Source of the DNA: Paramicrosporidium saccamoebae KSL3
Taxonomy: Eukaryota > Fungi > Cryptomycota
Direction: 5' to 3'
DNA length: 32,000 bases
Assembly (NCBI GenBank): GCA_002794465.1
Contig: MTSL01000105.1
Location: forward strand, 1-32,000
Shown here: piece after piece, positions 11,489-21,021 of the stretch
Numbering within the stretch: position 1 is the first letter of the stretch
Layout: every line of letters starts with the position of its first letter
The notes under the pieces: model-generated
Told to the model about the DNA's origin: nothing
Database searches by the model: none
The model's input: the letters and a program-made list of their open reading frames with translations, nothing else
Translations under genes and position numbers: made by a program

Positions 11489-13084
11489 TTAAATACATAG
11501 GGTGTTCCGTATCAATGCTACCAAGGATCCAAAAGAGTCTTCAAGATCGCTGGTGCATGGCGTCATCATTGTGTCCTGGAACACCGTCTCGCCGTATCGG
11601 TGCTGTAGAGTCACCTCCATTAGGGACACTGCCCAGGCTACGTCATCCATCTCCACTGTTCCTCCTCGCAAAGAGGCCGCATGTTCAGCTGCTGTGGAGA
11701 GTAGAGATAGTTGTTTGGCAGGATGGTGGATCGGGATCTGACAGGCATCGTTGTGTCGATGTGTCACGTCTCGATATGCCGCAAAATAGTTGGTGGCATG
11801 TCCATGGGCATCCTGACTCCATCTTACTGTCGTCCATCGATGTGGCTCTGGCAATAATTTGGGGTCCAAATGTCCACGGACCAAATTGGACACCATTCCT
11901 TGTTGGACCAGTTGAGAGACTATCCGATCTTCGTCGGGCGCAGCAACAGTCCAATCAAAGTAAAAATCGAAATATTCATACATTTTGTGAATCTTTCCAA
12001 AGTGTTCCTTTCGTACAAACAATACTTGTGGCATGTTGCCTGCAATCCAAGACTTGATGGTCCTTGGATCGATCCCTTCGCTGTGAGATACTTGAGTGTA
12101 CAATTTATGACATTGGCGGATCATCCACGGATCACAATGATCGGAAATCAGCAGCTTGGCATCTGGATACAGCATCCGAGTCAACATGAGTATTCTCATC
12201 TTTTGGCTCGTCGGCAGTAGGGCGGCCAGTCCAGTCCAAGAACCTCTAACCACCAACGAGCAAAGAGGCTTGGATGTGGACTGCATCCCGGCTACTCGCA
12301 AATAAAATAGACCCGTCTTTAGACTGCACTCAGGGTAGCCAATCACCCAGCCTTCCTCCCCGACCAAAAGATGCTCCCTTCCCACTGGCACTAGCAAAGT
12401 TACATTCCTCTTCCACTCCCCCACCCAGCCTTGAACAAAAATCACTGTTTCGCTGACAGCTAGCAATGGCAGCTCCACCAACTCTTCCCTGCATTTTTCA
12501 CATCGAGTCATTCCCTTGGCGATATGTGATGACTGCATCTGCTGCACCGGCTCCTCAGCGCGACAACAGTCATTCATGCATCGATAGTATCTTGCCAACA
12601 ATGTCGTTTTCGGTGTTGAAATGCCGGTAATCTTGGTGTGAATTAGGAGTGGAGTGTTGATCGGTTCGTTAAAGGTACTGCCGGAGCGATACTCACAGCG
12701 AGCATAAAACTGTTGCTTACTCCGGCATTGGAGCCAAGGCAACATTGGGAAAGAAGGAAATGAGATTCGGGTGGCCAAGATGGTGACATTGGCCATCTCC
12801 GACTTTGCCAGAGTGGCAGCATTGTCCATATTTGGCTTTTCCAGCGCGATGGCATTGTCCATTACCGACTCGGCAATATCTTCAATCAGCAGACACAATT
12901 CGTCATAGGTCAACTTTAAGATATTAGTGTTTCGGCTTAGCAGGTCAAAGTCCACTCTCAGGATCACTCCAAGTATGCCATTTCCATCGAGGCCCTCTGT
13001 TGCATATGCATTTGCTCGCTCCGTCACTGCCGCATTCAAAGCCGCCCCAACCAGCGCATATATTTCGTCCTCATCGCCTCGCAT
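11489..13084 (-). CDS. MCMDC2: MCM domain-containing protein 2-like (degenerate MCM, Mei-218/MCMDC2 family)
   Basis: OB/Zn region TKITGISTPKTTLLARYYRCMNDCC...RCEKCREELVE; MCM lid-like STAAEHAASLRGGTVEMDDVAWAVSLMEVTLQHRYGETVF, recalling the MCMDC2 C-terminus; no Walker A or B motif visible. Confidence 0.7.
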   Translation of the reverse strand: MRGDEDEIYALVGAALNAAVTERANAYATEGLDGNGILGVILRVDFDLLSRNTNILKLTYDELCLLIEDIAESVMDNAIALEKPNMDNAATLAKSEMANVTILATRISFPSFPMLPWLQCRSKQQFYARCEYRSGSTFNEPINTPLLIHTKITGISTPKTTLLARYYRCMNDCCRAEEPVQQMQSSHIAKGMTRCEKCREELVELPLLAVSETVIFVQGWVGEWKRNVTLLVPVGREHLLVGEEGWVIGYPECSLKTGLFYLRVAGMQSTSKPLCSLVVRGSWTGLAALLPTSQKMRILMLTRMLYPDAKLLISDHCDPWMIRQCHKLYTQVSHSEGIDPRTIKSWIAGNMPQVLFVRKEHFGKIHKMYEYFDFYFDWTVAAPDEDRIVSQLVQQGMVSNLVRGHLDPKLLPEPHRWTTVRWSQDAHGHATNYFAAYRDVTHRHNDACQIPIHHPAKQLSLLSTAAEHAASLRGGTVEMDDVAWAVSLMEVTLQHRYGETVFQDTMMTPCTSDLEDSFGSLVALIRNTLCI

Positions 13085-13110
13085 GACACGGAATCATGCA
13101 CTAGATTTAT

Positions 13111-13269
13111 TTAATCATGCGCAAAATAAACTCTATGCGGCGAGCGGACGAATCGTACTGAACGTTCTTCAGTAGGGCCGGGCGGGACTTTAATTTCCGG
13201 AACAGTCCTCAGGACAAGACAACTCGCACAGCCAAATATCGCCATTAGAAATAAAAGGATGACTGTCAT
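13111..13269 (-). CDS. Possible 52-aa signal-peptide micro-protein
   Basis: ATG at 13269 gives MTVILLFLMAIFGCASC..., filling the gap between two genes. Supported only by hydrophobicity. Confidence 0.25.
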   Translation of the reverse strand: MTVILLFLMAIFGCASCLVLRTVPEIKVPPGPTEERSVRFVRSPHRVYFAHD

Positions 13270-13342
13270 ATAACCGTCGTATAAAGTTGTCAAAAAACCA
13301 CACAAGGACCCCCAACTGACCTTTGTGGAACAAGAAATCAAT

Positions 13343-15306
13343 TTATTTTTCGGGTCGAGCACTTTTGGATTTTTCAGGGGGCGCAGACTCATCCTCCGGC
13401 ATCCTCGGCGACTTTTTCATCTTTCCCAGGTTCCATTCCACTCCTGTCTCTACTCCCGCTTCCGTTTCCGGCTCTGAGTCGTCCTCATCCGGATCGCCAG
13501 ATAACTCGCCGAGCGACGAAATGCGCATTTCCATCTCCAGCAGATTGTCAAATCCGTTCCCCTCAACCGGTATCTCAATGGACGGCGTCTCTTCAAAGAA
13601 ACCCTCGCCTTCGTAATCATCTCCATCCAAATTCCACGGCGTTTCGGGCGAATCGCCTTCACTGTCAGTGTCGCTGTCGTCCGAGGAGAATACAAAGCGA
13701 TTCGGCAGACTGGCTATCACTTGTTGGCAAAAATAGCGGGCAAGTTGTTCTTCCGTACCAGTGGCAAATAGGCCTGTGAAAGAAGCCACCCCATTTGCAA
13801 TGTCTTCATTGGGAGGGGGAGGAGGTGCCTTGGAGCCTCCCAGAACAAGGGCATCTTTGATTTTGGTGTCGCGATATGACAGTTCACAGTACTCTTGCCA
13901 ATCCTCGTGCTCCAATTCAGTTGCCAGCTCTTTTCCTAACTCCTCTCCCTGTCTTTCCAGTAGATCCACTATTTGATCGCCGATCATGGTAATGTGTCCC
14001 ATGTGTCCCAGTCTATTTCCTCTCGGTCTCTGCATGATGGAATCATTGATCCTCTGCGTCTTTACAATCCGTGCAGTCAGCTTGCACTCCTTGAATATTG
14101 ATACAATCAATAGCCGGTGGATTTCGTAATTTCCTGTGAAAATGTTTCTCAAAAAATCAAACACTTCAGAGTGAAGCAGGTTGTTGTGCTGATGCACAAA
14201 GAACAATTCCTACAAATTAGTGTTCCATTCCATTGCAGTACCAGGAGAGAGTTGGCCGTGCCCAGAGACAAGATTGACTGCACAATGCTGGCATTCTGCA
14301 GGTACATGACGTGTGAGAATAATTTGACAGCTTTTAATCTCAAGAGACCCACAGGGTTGATTGGTCCTGATGGAGATTGGTATTGCGGCAGCGCTGCAGT
14401 GGCCCGGGAAGAGAGGAGCGCATGCAGTTTGGAGAGAAACGGATTAACCATCACCGCCACCTTTTCTATCAGTCCAGGCCAGCCCCTTTCTTCTCGACTC
14501 TGTACAATTTTCACCACAATCTGACAGAAAATATCTGTAACACATGCAAACAGCATCACATCCGGATCTTCAACAATGCTGCGCTCTAATACGGGACCAA
14601 ATTCCGCAACCATTGATTTCACTATGACAGGCACAGGGAATTCCTCTGGGAAGGGAAACGATAAAAACCCAATGATGACATTTAATGTGGAGATTTGGAT
14701 GTTCGAGTCGACGTTCTCCTTTAACGTATCAAAAATCTGTCTAAAAATAATCTGCTCATCAATTAGCCATCCAAGAAGTAGTGCTTCCCCCTCCTCAGTC
14801 CGCAGGGAGAATAGTCGAAACAAGACGTCACAAACCTCCATATTCCCCAGATAGAGCATCAAATCATTTACAACCTCGGGCCGCCGCCTCAATGAGTTGC
14901 TAATCTCCTTCGGGATCTTTCCCATCAAATGAACCAGCACCCTCGACCAGCACACGAGAAACGGCGCCATAGGTCTTTCCCCTCGTGGAAATTGCCAAAT
15001 TGGGTCGAGCAACGTGTCCTTTTCTTGCAGTCGCTCAAATAAGATTGAATGCTCTGAGCATATCAGCTCACACGCAATCAACGGATACCTCGTCCCCTTC
15101 TCCCCTTGCAATCCATGGCCCATCGCATATTCAAGGAGTCGGCCCAGTGTAGCTTCTTGGCCCAGATAGGCGAGGACCTTTTCGTCGCCGTTGCGCGTGC
15201 GCAGGATAATATTGTCTTGGTCCAGCAGGTCGTCCAGACCTTCCAGGCCGCGCTCTAGAATGCCATCGAGGTTGGCCGTCTGGTTACTATGACTCGGCCA
15301 GTACAT
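13343..15306 (-). CDS. SIT4/PP6 phosphatase-associated protein (SAPS family); exons 15306-14242 and 14209-13343 (643 aa)
   Basis: MYWPSH...LDDLLDQDNII, RYPLIACELIC, LLRLKAVKLF. A 32-nt intron GTACTG...CTAATTTGTAG gives LLELFFVHQHNNLLH. Also RGNRLGHMGHITMI and an acidic tail. Confidence 0.9.
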
Positions 15307-15367
15307 ACGTCTGTCTGTACGTCAGCGACAATTAATGCGCTTTAAATTTAAGATGGAAATGGCTTTG

Positions 15368-16569
15368 TTATTTCGGTTTGAAGAAACTAAGCAAGGAACC
15401 CTGCTTCTTTCCGCCATTCTCAGGCGTCGGTGTATTCTTGGCAGCGGGTTTTTTTGTGGTGGAATCTCCCTTGTGCTGTTCTTGGCTTGACGAATTCTCA
15501 TCGACTGGCACCATCTCGGTTATCATTTCAGTCACTAAATATCCATTTTCCATAAATGTCTTTGGCACTTTGATCGCTTTCATCTTGGGCCCAGTTGGCT
15601 CGCTTCGTATGGTGGGAGTCTCATCGATTTGCATTTCGTCCTCCAAAACTGGCTCCACCGGTGCTACTTGTTCCTCATCGCCACTCGAAAACGTCACGAA
15701 TGACTGGTTTGCGAGCTTTAGATCCTTGGCTTCAGCCGAATCTGACTCTGAAGCCGAGATTAAAACGGTTTCCGTCTCATCGGCGCTAAAAATGTCCGAT
15801 TTTAGCTTGCTCTTCAGATCGACTGCCAACTTTTTCACACTAGCATTCTTCCCCTTCTTGTTAGCCACACTGGTGCTACTCTTTTTTGGCTTTGATTTTG
15901 CCGGTATCACAGTTTTCGCAAGCTTTTTTGCCGCCTTGGGTGCAACAATAGGATCTGCAGTATTAGCAATGGCGACTTTGGGTTGGCTGTCAACTACCTG
16001 TTCCATCTGGACTTGTCCCTTCTGCACTGGCTCCGCCTGGGCTTGTCCCCTTTGTACTTGTTCCGTCTGGATTTGTTCCCTCTGCACTTGTTCCGTCTGG
16101 GATTGTCCCACCTGGGCTTGTTCCATCTGGGATTTCTGGTCGGTGGGATCCACAAAGACAGTGTTAGGCATCATAATTCCGGGCTCAACAACAAGCTTTT
16201 TGTTAACGGCAGCTAGCATGGAAAAATCGGAAACATTGTCGATTTGCAGACTATAGCAATCCGCCACTGCCTCCTCGCCTTCCAGTAATTCATCTGCCCC
16301 GACAACAGCAATACGAAATCCCCCAGCATCTAATGTTCGTTGCACCAGAAAAGTAGCGTTAATGCTGCTCTTGTGGCTCTTCCAAAATTCATTCAATTCA
16401 CTAGAAATTCAATATAGAAAACCTGGGCGTACTGTTGTGCTTGGCTAATCGTCATTTTGCATTCAACAGCCAGCAGCTTGCAGGTAACCTATACCATTAT
16501 CCATCTAACAATGCCGGTTACAATCCTCTTTTCCTGCAAAATCGCTCCTTCTAGCCATAATTGTGCCAT
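15368..16569 (-). CDS. POLD3: DNA polymerase delta subunit 3 (Pol32/Cdc27); exons 16569-16522, 16488-16433, 16400-15368 (378 aa)
   Basis: Spliced N-terminus MAQLWLEGAILQEKRIVTCKLLAVECKMTISQAQHELNEFW, CYSLQ motif, C-terminal PIP box KQGSLLSFF; introns of 33 and 32 nt. Confidence 0.85.
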
Positions 16570-16609
16570 CCCACAACGGCCCTCCTTCCCCGGTCTTACA
16601 AATACAGCG

Positions 16610-16834
16610 AACCTCGACCAGGGTCTTCATCGGGAACGATGGACGAGGAGCACCACTGGGACGCTAGTCGTCCTAGTTTGTGGTGTATATACCTCCGGAG
16701 CGTTTCGCGGTAGATGAAGGGTGCTCGCCGCAAGGCTTGAGCGCCCCTGCTGTATATTTCAGATCGCGCCCGAGCCGTTATGGCTGGCCACTAGTGGGTC
16801 TTGAGGGAGGGGAAAAACCATACAGCAGATAATT
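16610..16834 (+). ncRNA. snR30: snR30/U17-type H/ACA snoRNA (5' end uncertain)
   Basis: H box AGATGA at 16712-16717; internal hairpin gggtgctc/gagcgccc with a GCAA loop; 3' hairpin basal stem ctgctgt(16747-53)/acagcag(16822-28) enclosing m1-like ATATTTCAG (16754-62) and exact m2 AAACCAT (16815-21); then an ATA box (16829-31) plus 3 nt. Confidence 0.8.
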
Positions 16835-16869
16835 TCTCATTGTAAAAAAATCATCCATCCATTGAGAAT

Positions 16870-16955
16870 AGTGTGCCGTGGTGATAGTGTTATAATAAGT
16901 GCCGTAATAAGAGCGTTGCAATAATAGTGACCTAGTAATGGTGTCGTAATAGGCG
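16870..16955. repeat. Degenerate 13-15-bp array (gtgYcgtaataRg-like)
   Basis: Recurring taataag/taatag/gtgccg/gtgtcg units. The reverse complement loosely resembles the 4502-4613 unit (ttattat-R-gcac). Confidence 0.45.
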
Positions 16956-17310
16956 CTTATCAAACCATGCTCACTACCAGGCAATACCGGCGAGGTTTGT
17001 CTAGTGTCGAGTTTTTATGCAGTACTCCCCTTGTGGTGTGGTAGACGGTAGGCTAGCCGTCCATGCATAAGGCGCAATTGACCACAGCTAGCGGGTAGTG
17101 GTTAATGTGAGATATATAAAAAGACTAGGTGTAGATACAGGCCAGGACTGTGAGAGTGTATCCACAGACTAGGACTGATTTGACAATCACGTAATGCCAT
17201 GAGTAAAACTGTCGCTTTGTTTCATATTATAAGCGATACATTCTGCTCAGCAACCCAGCAGTACAACAACCCGGTAATACACAAGAATGCATCTGATTAA
17301 TTCACTACAG

Positions 17311-17490
17311 TGTACCCACTACACGGCTGACTCATTCACTCCAATGTATCCACCACAGAGCCGATTCGTTCACTCTAATCTATCCACTACACGGCCAGTT
17401 CGTTTACTCAAATGTATCCACTACACAGCCGCTTTATTCAATACACAGCCGCTTTATCCACTACTACACGGTCGATTTGTTCACTCCAAA
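17311..17490. repeat. Degenerate 34-bp minisatellite, about 5 units (tgtatccactacacggccgattcgttcactccaa)
   Basis: Units start at 17311, 17345, 17379 and 17413, followed by rearranged partial units ending next to the BAR gene stop codon. Confidence 0.85.
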
Positions 17491-17495
17491 TAGAC

Positions 17496-18455
17496 TCAGT
17501 TGAGAGCTGATAAAATTTCACTGCATTTGCGATGATAGACAACTTGCGCCTGAATCAATGCCTCAATGCAGTGGGTAGCCTCAGTCTACATATTAGATTC
17601 ATCAAAGTTGTACATATTGGATAAACGACTTCATCTCACCAATTGCTTCTTCACACGCAGAACTAAATTCCTTCTCGAGTAGATCTACTTCAGACTGCAG
17701 GTTAGCTGGAGGGGCTCCACGGATCGCCCTGAGACGGGCCTTGCAGGCATCCAGTTCCAGCCGGACACGAGTTGCACTCCTCCGGGCCCTCTACTCATTG
17801 TCACATACGCAGTCTCAGTTTTACATTGGCATTATCATAGGCTCCGGCGTAGGTGGAGAAGGGTTCAATAAACTTTCGGTTCAGTGTATGATTAAATTCC
17901 ATGCGGGCCTCTCCAAGCTTTGCCTGGATCTGTCCGTATCTCTGCAACAAGTCAGCCGCGGGTACATCGGTGGTGTCGCGGCTAAGTAAATCAGCCCCTT
18001 GAAGACAGACTTCTGCAGTGGCATGTTGAATGGTGGGTGGGAAACGCGACTCGGAGCGAACCTTGGTTTTGGTTCGAAACTCTTCAAATTTGGCATTGAT
18101 GTTGTCCATGGCGTCCATGAATGAGTCTCCAATTGGGGGCGCTAAACTGTCAAAATCCCAAGTGGCCGTACAGTAGTCATCCGAGGCATACATCTGCTTA
18201 GTCGCCCTCATCAGTCCATCAAACACAATCTTGATTTTGTCGACATTCTGTGAGGATGACCTTCCAGGACCCATTGTTTACCTCATCCAGCTGAACATAT
18301 GCTGGAGGAAAATTGGTAGTTTCCTCGGCAGTTCCCATTTTTTCTTGTGCAAACTAGACTGTTATTTGGGACTTGCTGCTTACCTGCTTGACTTGGTCAA
18401 AGCCCTTGGACATTTTCTTGGAAAAATCATCGAAACTTTGAATCGGCGGAGTCAT
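17496..18455 (-). CDS. BAR-domain protein, Gvp36-like; exons 18455-18384, 18353-18282, 18247-17825, 17790-17614, 17585-17496 (277 aa)
   Basis: Four phase-0 introns (30, 34, 34, 28 nt) give KGFDQVKQFAQEKMGTAEETTNFPPAYVQLDENVDKIK...RVRLELDACKARL...IEALIQAQVVYHRKCSEIL, an N-BAR/Gvp36 pattern. Confidence 0.85.
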
Positions 18456-18518
18456 GTTTTCGAGTGCGCAATTTACAAATTAAATGAATATTTAAAGAGT
18501 CGAATCGACCATAGGCCG

Positions 18519-18863
18519 ATGGCATCCTTTGTGGAGGACGAGGAGATTTGTTACGAGCCGGTAATAGAAGTGGCAGCCATAGCCTCCCAATTTGAATATA
18601 AGGAAAACGTACGGAATGCACCGGTTGGAGAGCGACGCCGCAAGACAGAGAGAGAGACGGACGAAAAACGACTATCGGGACGACAGAAACAGATTGATTA
18701 TGGAAAAAACACGATCGGATACGAAAGATATGTTGCCAAGGTCCCAATAAACGAAAGAAAACGCGGGGATCCAAAGACACCAGATAAGCATCAAGTGTGC
18801 AGTAAACGGAGCTGGGACGGACAGATCAGCAAATGGAGACGCCAGCTCCACCATTATGATTAA
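18519..18863 (+). CDS. SLBP: Histone mRNA stem-loop binding protein (minimal, 114 aa)
   Basis: ETDEKRLSGRQKQIDYGKNTIGYERYVAKVP...PKTPDKHQVCSKRSWDGQISKWRRQLHHYD matches the SLBP RNA-binding domain (RRQKQINYGKNT...PKTP...SRRSWDQQIKLW...LH). Confidence 0.93.
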   Translation: MASFVEDEEICYEPVIEVAAIASQFEYKENVRNAPVGERRRKTERETDEKRLSGRQKQIDYGKNTIGYERYVAKVPINERKRGDPKTPDKHQVCSKRSWDGQISKWRRQLHHYD

Positions 18864-18911
18864 TGTGATAACTAAATACTCTTAAAGTCACATTGGACCG
18901 GGGGAATTTGG

Positions 18912-20357
18912 ATGAGCAAACCGTCTTTTGAGCAGGTTGTGAATGTATCTCCTCTGGAAGAGACCAATCCAGGAGGACGTCTTGCCGAGGGGAAGCTGCT
19001 GCGGGCCGGAGTCAGCACCGGCAGCTTTCTGGCTTTCCTCTTCTCCGCCATGATGGCGATTGCGGGCCTAGTTTTTATCAATGCCGACCAAACCTATATT
19101 ATGGTGGACATTTTGGACTACCCGCGAAGCCAAGTGGGCACGGCAGCGGGTAACTTGGTGTTCTATGATGAGCTCCTTTCAATGCTGATGGTGTCGACAT
19201 GGGGTGCACTAAGCGATCGAATTGCACGACGATGGATATTTGCGAGTGGATTGGCACTAATGGGCCTGGCCACAGCATTGCATCCGTGGGCCACCAGCGT
19301 GTTTCCCAACAGCATCTCGACATTCTTCTCTTCCCTGTTGGCCTTCCGACTGCTCTTTGCGCTCGGCGGCTCTGCATCCACAGCCATGCTAACTGCCTTT
19401 ATTGGAGACTATTCCCGCGAGAGTAGTCGTGCCAAGGTAGCCGGAATTACCGGATTTAGCACGGGCATTGGAGCCCTATTTGCCGCATTAGTCCTCAGTC
19501 GAATCCCAACCTTTTTCATGCGCGACTCTAATCTGGTCCCCGGCGGACTTAAGGACGTCCCCAATGGCGGTGCCACTCTGATTATCACATTCGCCATAAC
19601 GGGTGCTTTGCTGCTTCTGGCCGCCATAGTAGCAGCACTGGCCCTGAGGCCACCGCCCGACCTCTTTGACGGCACCCATCGGAAGCTTCCACTGACCAAA
19701 CGAATCGGCGTGGGATTGTCAGCAATGTTCCATCCGCTAATTGCCCTCGCCTATGCATCCGGGTTTGTAGCTCGAGCCGACTCCATCGCTCTGACACTCT
19801 TTATAGCGCCCTGGGTTGACAATTATCTGACGGCACAGGGTTTGTGTCCGCCGCGAGACCCCCAAGTGTTGACAAGATGTCAGCCGGCAAAGAAATTGGC
19901 GTCCACGCTCATGTCAGTAGCACATTGTGCCATGTTGCTGGGTGCGCCACTGTTTGGCATTCTGGCAGACCGCATCGGTCCCATAGCTGCCATCTCCATC
20001 CCAGCGGGTTGTGGACTTTTTGCATTCTCTCTGCTGTCCAACATGTCTGCGCCTAACACCCCAATGGTCTACTTTGCCATGGGACTTGCCGGTATTGCTG
20101 ATATTGGAATGATCATCACCAGCATGGCTCTTATGGCCGGCGTCTCTTCTGCTCCCCATCGTGGAGCCCTTGCAGGCGTCTATTCCTTCTTTGGCGCCCT
20201 CGGCATCATTGTCACCTCCAAAGTGGGGGGTTGGCTGTTCGATGGAGTCAAAGAGACGGCTGCGTTTTGGGTGGTGGCGTTGGCCAGTGGTGGGGTCTTT
20301 GTGGCGGCCCTGCTGGTCATTTATAATCGACGAATCATCCCGCCGCTTGATCTATAG
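18912..20357 (+). CDS. Major facilitator superfamily transporter (12 TM-like)
   Basis: Motif A-like WGALSDRIARR and FGILADRIGP, multiple hydrophobic helices, HRGALAGVYSFFGALG. Confidence 0.9.
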   Translation: MSKPSFEQVVNVSPLEETNPGGRLAEGKLLRAGVSTGSFLAFLFSAMMAIAGLVFINADQTYIMVDILDYPRSQVGTAAGNLVFYDELLSMLMVSTWGALSDRIARRWIFASGLALMGLATALHPWATSVFPNSISTFFSSLLAFRLLFALGGSASTAMLTAFIGDYSRESSRAKVAGITGFSTGIGALFAALVLSRIPTFFMRDSNLVPGGLKDVPNGGATLIITFAITGALLLLAAIVAALALRPPPDLFDGTHRKLPLTKRIGVGLSAMFHPLIALAYASGFVARADSIALTLFIAPWVDNYLTAQGLCPPRDPQVLTRCQPAKKLASTLMSVAHCAMLLGAPLFGILADRIGPIAAISIPAGCGLFAFSLLSNMSAPNTPMVYFAMGLAGIADIGMIITSMALMAGVSSAPHRGALAGVYSFFGALGIIVTSKVGGWLFDGVKETAAFWVVALASGGVFVAALLVIYNRRIIPPLDL

Positions 20358-20417
20358 TCCTAGTTTTGTGATAAAAGCCGTATATAGCATATATAATGTA
20401 TTGTGTACCATCCCGCT

Positions 20418-20762
20418 CTAGAAAAGCGTGCAGGATCTACTCTTTTTGTCAAAGCTGCAGTTAAGAGTTACGATAAACTCTGAATCTTTTAGTGCTACCG
20501 ACGTCAGACTGCTGACAACAAAGGAACACTCTCTCCCCTTACTCGACAAAATAATACGGTCAATGTCGGTTACTGGCCAGTCCACCACAACCTCGGTCTG
20601 TTTTGGAGTCACCTGGAACGCAGTGTAGCTGTCGCTATCGTTCACCCACACTCGGAGCTGATCCACTCTGCCCTCGGTGGTTTCAAATATAAAGCGTGTA
20701 CGAGACAGAAAGCCGCTCCCAGACGCAATTATGAACAGGGCAGAAAAGAGAAACGTATACAT
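20418..20762 (-). CDS. Small secreted protein A (114 aa), C-terminus KKSRS-CTLF
   Basis: Signal-like MYTFLFSALFIIASGSG, alternating beta-strand pattern, CaaX-like end. Confidence 0.75.
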   Translation of the reverse strand: MYTFLFSALFIIASGSGFLSRTRFIFETTEGRVDQLRVWVNDSDSYTAFQVTPKQTEVVVDWPVTDIDRIILSSKGRECSFVVSSLTSVALKDSEFIVTLNCSFDKKSRSCTLF

Positions 20763-21021
20763 TCAGAGTAATAACTAGGTAGATGGCGTTGGCCAAGAAA
20801 CCCCTGCGTCAATAGCATTCCTCTAGCGCCACCCAAATATAGATAAACTAAAAGGCTGCACATGGACAAGTATTACCAACGCTGTCAGCAAGAGGAGCTT
20901 CCTCACGGTAACTCGCTTTCAACGATTGGCTGTCGGCGGAGAAGCGGCTCGGAGAGGTATCTATAACTAGTCCCTGCAACTCAATCCATCATCACTTTAC
21001 ACATGTTGAATCTTTCAGTAT

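Noticed and set aside
16660-16672. gacg-CTAGT-cgtc resembling telomerase P6.1
   Set aside because: It sits inside a longer helix rather than a three-way junction, and no telomere template was seen nearby.
16590-16845. Minus-strand U1-like or other Sm snRNA (GCAGGGG, CTCCGGA, ATTTGT; caatgaRaaat and cagcYataa spaced as upstream of U2)
   Set aside because: No ACTTAC 5' end and no U1-70K or U1A loops. The + strand snR30/U17 hallmarks, GNRA loops and G-U pairs explain the fold better.
18231-18518. N-terminal extension of the SLBP ORF in the track
   Set aside because: Starts at a non-ATG codon and is antisense to BAR gene exons; the ATG at 18519 is more plausible.
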